Shown here piece after piece: positions 25,854 through 32,000 of a stretch of 32,000 nucleotides of DNA. Made by a program: the position numbers and the translations under genes. Source of the DNA: Pseudoalteromonas tetraodonis (GTDB lineage Bacteria; Pseudomonadota; Gammaproteobacteria; Enterobacterales; Alteromonadaceae); NCBI RefSeq assembly GCF_002310835.1, contig NZ_CP011041.1:570001-602000 (forward strand), written 5' to 3'. The first letter of the stretch is position 1, and each line of letters starts with the position of its first letter. The notes under the pieces were generated by a model. It worked only from the letters and a program-made list of their open reading frames with translations. It did not search any database and was not told where the DNA came from.

Positions 25854-28034
25854 TTATTCATGCTTTATTTGTTTAGATAAAAACAAGTTAGTAACGTCTG
25901 CGACTTTGATTAACGACTTTTTATCAGCTTGACTCCAAGTTACCTTTGAGCCCACACTTTCACAACAAATGACACCTAACGGTTTGCTATTAAGTGTATA
26001 AATGTAATCAAGTAAAGAATAAATATCGAGTGGCTCAAAGTAAGAGTGAGAGAATGGCTTGGTTACTTCGTTATTTCTGGCATCAGAAGCGTCGAGTACT
26101 TGGTTAGCTAAAATATAGTTGAAATAAGCAGGGGAGTTTTCTGTGTATAGAACAGTTCCACTTGACACGTCATTATTTTCATCAAGGCAAATTAAGCAAT
26201 TTAATGTACTGTATTCCTTATTAAATAACCAAAGGCTCACTCGATTAGCATTGGGAATAAGCGCTTTTAACTCTTTGCATATTTGCTTTAGCTTCCGGTC
26301 GCTAGAAACATTAGGATCGCTAATTTTTACTGCTAAGTTTTTTAGGTTGAGGTTTTTAGGATTATAAACATTGAGTAAGCTATTGATCTTAGCTTTATCA
26401 AACGGTTTAGTTAAGTAGCCATCCATACCAATATCTAAATAATGCTCAATGTCTTGTTTTAGGGTATTTGCTGTCATAGCTATAATCGGAACGGTTTTAC
26501 CTGTAGGAAGCGCTCTAATAGCTTGCGTAGCTTTTATGCCATCCATTTCAGGCATTTGTATATCCATGAAAATTAAGTCTACCGAGTGCTCCTTGAAGTA
26601 CTTAACGCATTCTTTACCGTCCTCTGCGATAATTAAATTAGCATTATGTGCTTTGAGCATTTTGACAATAATAAGCTGATTTATTTTATTATCTTCGGCA
26701 ATTAAAACAGTACTACCTTGAAGGTTTGTTATATCAGTGCACTGCTTCGAGGTTGGTGGCAATAAAGCAATCTCAAAGCTTTGCTCATAGGTAAACGTGG
26801 AGCCCTTATCTATTTTGCTGGTAAAGCTAAGGTGCCCCTGCATTAACTCACTTAAACGAGCGCAAATTGATAAGCCTAAGCCTGTGCCTCCATATTTCCT
26901 TGAGGTTGATGAGTCGGCCTGATGAAACTCTTTAAATAAATGCTCTTGAACATTCTCATTAATACCAAGGCCTGTATCAATAACTTCAAAGGTGAGTACT
27001 TGTGTTTGCAATGTACTATTTTTAACACTTATCTTCAGCTCTACTTGGCCAAAGTTGGTAAATTTAATCGCATTTGAGCACAGGTTATTTAAAATTTGCG
27101 AAATCCGAAGAGGATCGCCTTTTAAATTGTCTGCTATTTTAGGGTCTATCGATGTAATCAGCTTTATGCCTTTAGCAGATGCCTGCTGTAACTGGGGTTT
27201 TATTACATCGCTAATAACCTCATTAAGACTGAAGTTGATATGTTCAATTTCTAATTTGCCAGCCTCAATTTTAGAAAAGTCTAAAATATCGTTAACAATA
27301 TTTGATAAGTAATGTGCTGACTTTAATATGCTTTTTAAGGTGCTGTTTTTTTCCTCTGTTGTGGTCTCTGAGATCGCAAACTCAGCTAAATTTAAAATTC
27401 CATGTAATGGGGTTCTCAGCTCATGAGTCATATTTGCCAAAAATTTACTCTTTGTGTTATTGGCGATATCCGCGGCTTCTTTTAACTTTTCTAGCTCTTT
27501 ATTGTGCTCTTTTTGTTTTTCTAACGCCATAAACAGCTTTTTATTATTAAGCCGAAGCTCTAATTGCGCAATGACCTCTTTGCTCAAAACCGTGAGTGCA
27601 TTTATTTGTTTGCTTGAAAGCTTTTTTGGTTTATCGCTAATAACACACAACGTACCTATAGCGTTTCCTCTTGGTGTGATGAGCGGTGCACCTGCATAAA
27701 AGCGAATATTTGGGTCGTTTGTAACTAAGGGATTATCGTGAAAGCGGGTGTCAGTAAGTGCATTTTGAACTTCGAATACTTGGTTTTCTAGAATTGCGTG
27801 AGAACAAAACGAGATATCTCGTGCGGTTTCGGCTACATCAATACCATGCTTTGACTTAAACCATTGCCTGTCAGGATCAACAAGACTTATTAGTGAGATT
27901 GGCGTTTCGCAAATATCAGATGCAAGCTGGGTTAAATCGTCAAAGGATTTTTCAGCTTCAGTGTCTAAAACGTCATACTCATATAAGTCTTTTAGCCGTG
28001 ATAGTTCATCCTCAGGTGTTGACGCTTTTATCAT
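25854..28034 (-). CDS. Cytoplasmic hybrid sensor histidine kinase: GAF - coiled coil - HisKA - HATPase_c - REC - C-terminal GAF
   Basis: N-terminal GAF (SFCSHAI..., FYAGAPLITPRGNAIGTLCV). H-box MTHELRTPLHGI. N/G boxes (NLCSNAIKFT, DTGLGI, GGTGLGLSI). Receiver domain (VLIAEDN..., DLIFMDIQMPEMDG, IIAMTAN, KP). Then RVSLWLFNKEYSTLNCL...GVICCESVG...WSQADK, typical of a GAF module. No TM segments. Confidence 0.9.
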   Translation of the reverse strand: MIKASTPEDELSRLKDLYEYDVLDTEAEKSFDDLTQLASDICETPISLISLVDPDRQWFKSKHGIDVAETARDISFCSHAILENQVFEVQNALTDTRFHDNPLVTNDPNIRFYAGAPLITPRGNAIGTLCVISDKPKKLSSKQINALTVLSKEVIAQLELRLNNKKLFMALEKQKEHNKELEKLKEAADIANNTKSKFLANMTHELRTPLHGILNLAEFAISETTTEEKNSTLKSILKSAHYLSNIVNDILDFSKIEAGKLEIEHINFSLNEVISDVIKPQLQQASAKGIKLITSIDPKIADNLKGDPLRISQILNNLCSNAIKFTNFGQVELKISVKNSTLQTQVLTFEVIDTGLGINENVQEHLFKEFHQADSSTSRKYGGTGLGLSICARLSELMQGHLSFTSKIDKGSTFTYEQSFEIALLPPTSKQCTDITNLQGSTVLIAEDNKINQLIIVKMLKAHNANLIIAEDGKECVKYFKEHSVDLIFMDIQMPEMDGIKATQAIRALPTGKTVPIIAMTANTLKQDIEHYLDIGMDGYLTKPFDKAKINSLLNVYNPKNLNLKNLAVKISDPNVSSDRKLKQICKELKALIPNANRVSLWLFNKEYSTLNCLICLDENNDVSSGTVLYTENSPAYFNYILANQVLDASDARNNEVTKPFSHSYFEPLDIYSLLDYIYTLNSKPLGVICCESVGSKVTWSQADKKSLIKVADVTNLFLSKQIKHE

Positions 28035-28097
28035 TATGTAACCTTGTTTTTGTTATGCTTAACAATGAGTAATAGAATAAAAATAATAACGCATTGG

Positions 28098-28414
28098 CTA
28101 GGGTCTGTTGACCTTTCAAGGTTAAATTTGCAGCAGTCTGTTTGGCATTTAGGCAAGGCAGCGCCTATGTGGTGTGGTTGTTCCCCATAAATAGGCGATA
28201 ACGCAGCATCAATACCAAACAGGCGCTGCCCGAAGGGTTCTGCCTAGGGGCGATTTACTCTTTGTTGCCTACATGGATGTAGGTAAGGGGCGTGAGCAGG
28301 ACGCGGAAGCTTTGCTCGGTTTTTACTTAGCCCACTAGGTTACAAACCTCGCGCCGCGATTAAACCGCCCCTAGCTTGAACAAATTTTAATCCGCAAAGG
28401 TCAACAGACCCTAG
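28098..28414. mobile_element. MITE-like non-autonomous element (317 bp) with perfect 19-bp terminal inverted repeats
   Basis: ctagggtctgttgaccttt (28098-28116) is the exact reverse complement of aaaggtcaacagaccctag (28396-28414). The interior holds nested inverted repeats (ggcagcgcct..aggcgctgcc, ctaggggcg..cgcccctag) and a cctacat-gg-atgtagg hairpin (28268-28283). There is no ORF, and GC is visibly higher than in the flanks. Confidence 0.75.
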
Positions 28415-28583
28415 TATAAAATGAAAAAATACGCGTTTAATGTCAATTTGCTTAAAGTGTATTTTTATTTACGAGTTTATCTGCTGTTGAAAATTTAAGC
28501 TAAAATATTGTGCTTAAGTATTTAGCTTATATGACCTTTTAAATTTTTACGAATTGATTTAAAGCAATCCGTCTTATAGCGAG

Positions 28584-30278
28584 TCAATCAACAATTTTAT
28601 TTCGACCACTATTTTTTGCCTCGTATAAATAGTCATCAACGTATTTTAAGCTGCTTTGTAGGCTAATTGTGCCATCGTGGGTAAGCAGTCCAATACTGAC
28701 AGTAAAGCTAATATTTTTATTACGATAGTAAACTTTATGTTCATTCACTGCGTTTTTAATACGCTCAGCGGCTTGCTTAGCTTCGGCTTTGTTTGTGTTA
28801 GGCATAATAATTAAAAACTCTTCACCGCCAAGGCGAAATACGGCGTCATTTTTTCTGGTGAGGCCATGTAAAATATTAGCGAGTTCTTTTAAACCCTTAT
28901 CTCCAGCTTCGTGGCCGTAGTTATCATTTATGGCTTTAAAGTGATCTATATCGAGCATTAATAATGAAATATAGGTATTTTCATCTTGTGTTTTTAATAG
29001 CTCATCGGTAAGGAACCTGTATAAGGTTCGCCTATTTAAACATCCTGTAAGTGGGTCTACATTAGCCTGTTTTTCTAACTCTTTGTTAAGTGTAAATAGT
29101 TCTTGAGTGCGTGCCTGTATTCTTTGCTCTAAACTGGTATTAAGGGCTATGAGTTTGTGTTCTATGTTTATTTCTTTGCTTACATCGTTTTGCACCGCAA
29201 AGTAATAAGCGATTTTTCCATCTCTATAAATCGGCGATATTGCCAACTCATTCCAATAGGGTTCCCCACTTTTGGTGTAGTTTAAAATTCGGGTGCTTAT
29301 AGGCAGCCCTTTTTTGAGGTGAGTTTTAAGTTTAGCTATCGTTTTTAAATCAGTGTTTTCACCTTGTAAAATAGAGCCGAGCTTTTTGCCTTCAACTTCA
29401 AAAAGGCTATACCCTGTCATTTTTTCGAATGATCCATTAACCCAAATAACATGCTTATTTTTATCGGCAATGACCATTCCTACCGTAGTTTCTTTGAGTG
29501 CGGTAACTAAAAAGTCTCGTTCAAGGGCTATTTTTTCACTTCCTGTTATATCCTGAAAAATGCCGTATAGCTTAGTAATTTCACCATTTTTATTTCTTGA
29601 TACGTTACCGCTTGATATCACAGTGCGTTCTTGTTGGTCGTCATCTACAACACGTAATTTTATACAACTCCATTCTTGCCCCGTTAAAAGCGCATTTTCG
29701 ACAGCGCTGGCTATTTTGGGCTTATCATCTGCATGATAAAAGTTTATTGCAGTATCTAACTGTGGTGAATAGCGACTAGGGGCAACACCATGGATAGTGT
29801 AAATTTCATCGGTCCAAAATAATTGGTTGCTATTACAGTCGAGCTGCCAATAACCTACTTTTAAAACTTCGCCTGCGTTTTCTATGATGGTTTGTAATTC
29901 GTTATTACTAATAACAGAGGACACTTGGGAAAAATGCTGGTTAAAAACTAAAACCATATATTGGTGTTGGTTTTGATCCACATTATGTAAGCAGCAATTC
30001 AGTTTAATAGAGTAATCGGTTGCAAATGTGAGCTCAATATCAAATTGGTCTAACTCATTATGTTGCGATTTTAGTGCGAGAATTTGTTGTTGTAATAGTG
30101 TTTTGCTTTGAGTTGTACAACAGGCATACAGGCTTTCAATGGTTGGCATGTTTTTGGTTGTAATATTTAGCTCTGACCACCCATCTGAGAGATAACTGAG
30201 CTGATCATGGTTATCAAATACCATTAAAAGAAAGTTGCATTTTTCTAGCAGTGCAATATTTATGTCTTTAATATCCAT
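28584..30278 (-). CDS. PAS/PAC-domain diguanylate cyclase (GGDEF)
   Basis: I place the start at ATG 30278 (GGGAG 5 nt upstream) rather than 30329. Two PAS/PAC modules, a coiled-coil linker, and a GGDEF domain with active site RLGGEEF. An RKND (RxxD) I-site lies five residues upstream. Confidence 0.9.
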   Translation of the reverse strand: MDIKDINIALLEKCNFLLMVFDNHDQLSYLSDGWSELNITTKNMPTIESLYACCTTQSKTLLQQQILALKSQHNELDQFDIELTFATDYSIKLNCCLHNVDQNQHQYMVLVFNQHFSQVSSVISNNELQTIIENAGEVLKVGYWQLDCNSNQLFWTDEIYTIHGVAPSRYSPQLDTAINFYHADDKPKIASAVENALLTGQEWSCIKLRVVDDDQQERTVISSGNVSRNKNGEITKLYGIFQDITGSEKIALERDFLVTALKETTVGMVIADKNKHVIWVNGSFEKMTGYSLFEVEGKKLGSILQGENTDLKTIAKLKTHLKKGLPISTRILNYTKSGEPYWNELAISPIYRDGKIAYYFAVQNDVSKEINIEHKLIALNTSLEQRIQARTQELFTLNKELEKQANVDPLTGCLNRRTLYRFLTDELLKTQDENTYISLLMLDIDHFKAINDNYGHEAGDKGLKELANILHGLTRKNDAVFRLGGEEFLIIMPNTNKAEAKQAAERIKNAVNEHKVYYRNKNISFTVSIGLLTHDGTISLQSSLKYVDDYLYEAKNSGRNKIVD

Positions 30279-30498
30279 AAGCTCCCTACATATGAAAAGT
30301 ATTACAACAATATGGTTGAGTATAGACATCTTCTTTTATTTTTTCCGTTTGAAGGCAGTGTAAATAGTGGTCAGAATTTTTACTAAAAACGTATTTCAGG
30401 TTTGTTTTTGTGACTTTCCTGATAAGGTATTGGTTGTATAACAATATTTTAACGTTATTTCGTTGCTGTTAACGAAAAGCGAATCATTGGAGATTTTC

Positions 30499-31800
30499 AT
30501 GAGCATATTTCGATTGAGTGTTATTACCTCGATTTTTTTAGCCGCAAATTTTTGCGCCAGCAATGCACAAGCCAATACTAAAGTGATTCATGCGGGAGAG
30601 CTATTAAGCGTCCCTGGCGAAAAATCACAGCAAAAACAAACTGTAGTAATAGAAAATGGCAAAATAGTGTCTGTATCCGCTGGTTTTTTACCGGCCTCTC
30701 GATTTGGTGATGATGCCCAATTAATCGATTTATCGACCAGCTTTGTTATGCCAGGGCTTATGGATATGCATGTGCATTTACAAGGTGAGCTTGGGCCAGA
30801 TAATAAAAAAGAACTGGTTGAAATGTCTGATGCAGATGTTGCAATGCGCAGTGTTCATTTTGCTAATAAAACCCTAATGGCGGGATTTACCACCGTGCGT
30901 GATGTAGGTAGCCAAAGCGAGCAAATGTACGCATTACGAAAAGGGGTGGCGAATGGTTGGGTTAATGGTCCGCGTATTATTGCCGGTGCTGGAGTTACTA
31001 TTACTGGTGGGCATTTAGATGTTGATGGTATGAGTCCTGATTTACTCACCATAAAAACGCCACCAACAGTGTGTGATGGCGCAGTTGAGTGTCGTAAAAA
31101 AACACGTTATGCAATTAAGTATGGGGCGGATTTAATTAAAGTGGCCTCTACCGGTGGTGTGCTTTCTGATACCACCACGGGGACAGGTCAACAAATGGAA
31201 GACGATGAGCTCAAAGCCATTGTAAAAACTGCACATGGGTTAGGACGAAAAGTAGCAAGCCATGCCCATGCTGCACAAGGTATTAATGCCGCACTTCGTG
31301 CAGGGGTTGATAGCATTGAACACGGCAGTTACACCGATGAAGAGGGCATTAAGCTCTTTAAAGAAACCGGCGCTTACCTTGTACCAACGTTGTTAGCTGG
31401 CGATACCGTGGTTAATATGGCAAAAAATTCAGATTTTATGTCTGCACCTATTAAGGCTAAAGCAACGAGAGTGGGGGGTGATATGCTCAACAACTTTACT
31501 AAGGCTTACAAAGCCGGCGTTAAAATTGCTTTTGGTACTGACAGTGGCGTATCAAAGCACGGTATTAACGCAAAAGAAGCCGTATTGATGTATGAAGCCG
31601 GTATGAGTACCTCCGATATTTTAAAGTCGGCAACCGTCAATGCTGCTGATTTAATTGATATGAGCCAGAGTTTAGGCACTATAGAGCCTGGTAAGTTTGC
31701 CGATATTATTGCCTTAGATTCCAGCCCACTTAGCGATATTAGCGCTTTAATGGATGTTGATTTTGTGATGAAAGAAGGCGTAATTTTCAAACAACAATAA
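30499..31800 (+). CDS. Secreted metal-dependent amidohydrolase family protein
   Basis: I place the start at ATG 30499 (GGAG upstream). Signal peptide ...FCASNAQA|N. Metal-binding motif PGLMDMHVHL, later HAHA and EHGS, and GTDSG near the C-terminus, as in amidohydrolase_1 enzymes. Confidence 0.85.
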   Translation: MSIFRLSVITSIFLAANFCASNAQANTKVIHAGELLSVPGEKSQQKQTVVIENGKIVSVSAGFLPASRFGDDAQLIDLSTSFVMPGLMDMHVHLQGELGPDNKKELVEMSDADVAMRSVHFANKTLMAGFTTVRDVGSQSEQMYALRKGVANGWVNGPRIIAGAGVTITGGHLDVDGMSPDLLTIKTPPTVCDGAVECRKKTRYAIKYGADLIKVASTGGVLSDTTTGTGQQMEDDELKAIVKTAHGLGRKVASHAHAAQGINAALRAGVDSIEHGSYTDEEGIKLFKETGAYLVPTLLAGDTVVNMAKNSDFMSAPIKAKATRVGGDMLNNFTKAYKAGVKIAFGTDSGVSKHGINAKEAVLMYEAGMSTSDILKSATVNAADLIDMSQSLGTIEPGKFADIIALDSSPLSDISALMDVDFVMKEGVIFKQQ

Positions 31801-31831
31801 ACACTATATTTATTTTATTATGAATGACGTT

Positions 31832-31889
31832 ATAACGCTGGTAGGTCGTACAACAGAATGTTTGTAGACGATTGACCAGCGTTATTTTG
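31832..31889 (+). terminator. Long-loop hairpin terminator after the amidohydrolase gene
   Basis: ataacgctggt / accagcgttat: 11-bp perfect stem around a partly self-pairing 32-nt loop, then tttgt. Confidence 0.5.
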
Positions 31890-31925
31890 TTATACCGTTT
31901 TTAGGTAAAAAGGAAGTAGTTTATT

Positions 31926-32000
31926 TTGAAGAGCTTAGTGGTTTTATTTTTTAGTGTATGGCCTTTGTTAGCAAATAGTGCCTCGCAGCAACCAGTTGAA
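31926..32000 (+). CDS. Possible start of a secreted protein (3' end outside the window)
   Basis: A TTG at 31926 is preceded by AAGGAAG. The open frame to the window edge encodes a signal-peptide-like MKSLVVLFFSVWPLLANSASQ. Only 25 codons are visible. Confidence 0.35.
   Translation, partial: MKSLVVLFFSVWPLLANSASQQPVE

Noticed and set aside
26143-27699. Plus-strand ORFs inside the histidine kinase gene (26143..26367, 26449..26679, 26992..27312, 27302..27532, 27454..27699)
   Set aside because: All are short, mutually overlapping and opposite a CDS with complete GAF, HisKA, HATPase and REC motifs.
1-32000. tRNA, rRNA, tmRNA or riboswitch candidates
   Set aside because: On reading, I saw no T-loop-type GGTTCGA(A/G)TCC signatures, cloverleaf-sized structured GC-rich blocks outside the repeat elements, or known riboswitch cores. 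A proper scan with tRNAscan-SE or Infernal is still needed to exclude them.

Overview
The window looks like chromosome from an AT-rich marine gammaproteobacterium. Gene content and codon style suggest Alteromonadales or Pseudoalteromonas, but that is inference only.

The housekeeping and stress backbone contains:
- a 5'-truncated gcvP
- an AI-2E family transporter
- a divergent DUF4198 and TonB-dependent receptor pair
- a large-subunit catalase (katE-like)
- a bacterial type IB topoisomerase
- acpH
- an RND adaptor and pump pair
- a cytoplasmic GAF hybrid histidine kinase
- a PAS-GGDEF cyclase
- a secreted amidohydrolase

I found no rRNA, tRNA, CRISPR array, integrase or transposase.

The most unusual part lies between gcvP and the AI-2E gene (about 2.9-10.5 kb). 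It starts with about 0.9 kb of highly structured repeats: a tandem cluster of GTAG-headed REP-like hairpins, then a run of hairpins built around a CATCC(A/C)TG core. A visibly AT-richer island follows, with nine same-strand orphan ORFs:
- an HNH_5-like zinc-ribbon protein
- several small membrane or secreted proteins
- a tandem pair of paralogous 3-TM proteins
- a 142-aa plus 342-aa gene pair, in which the 342-aa protein carries a strong glycine-zipper membrane hairpin
- a CPBP (CAAX/Abi) intramembrane protease

I read the island as a candidate membrane-targeting toxin/immunity (bacteriocin-like) or defence island, bracketed by imperfect direct repeats. This is a hypothesis, not a demonstrated function.

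Other notable items:
- a decayed paralog of island gene 5917..6345 about 10 kb away, upstream of katE
- a 317-bp MITE-like element with perfect 19-bp terminal inverted repeats just upstream of the histidine kinase
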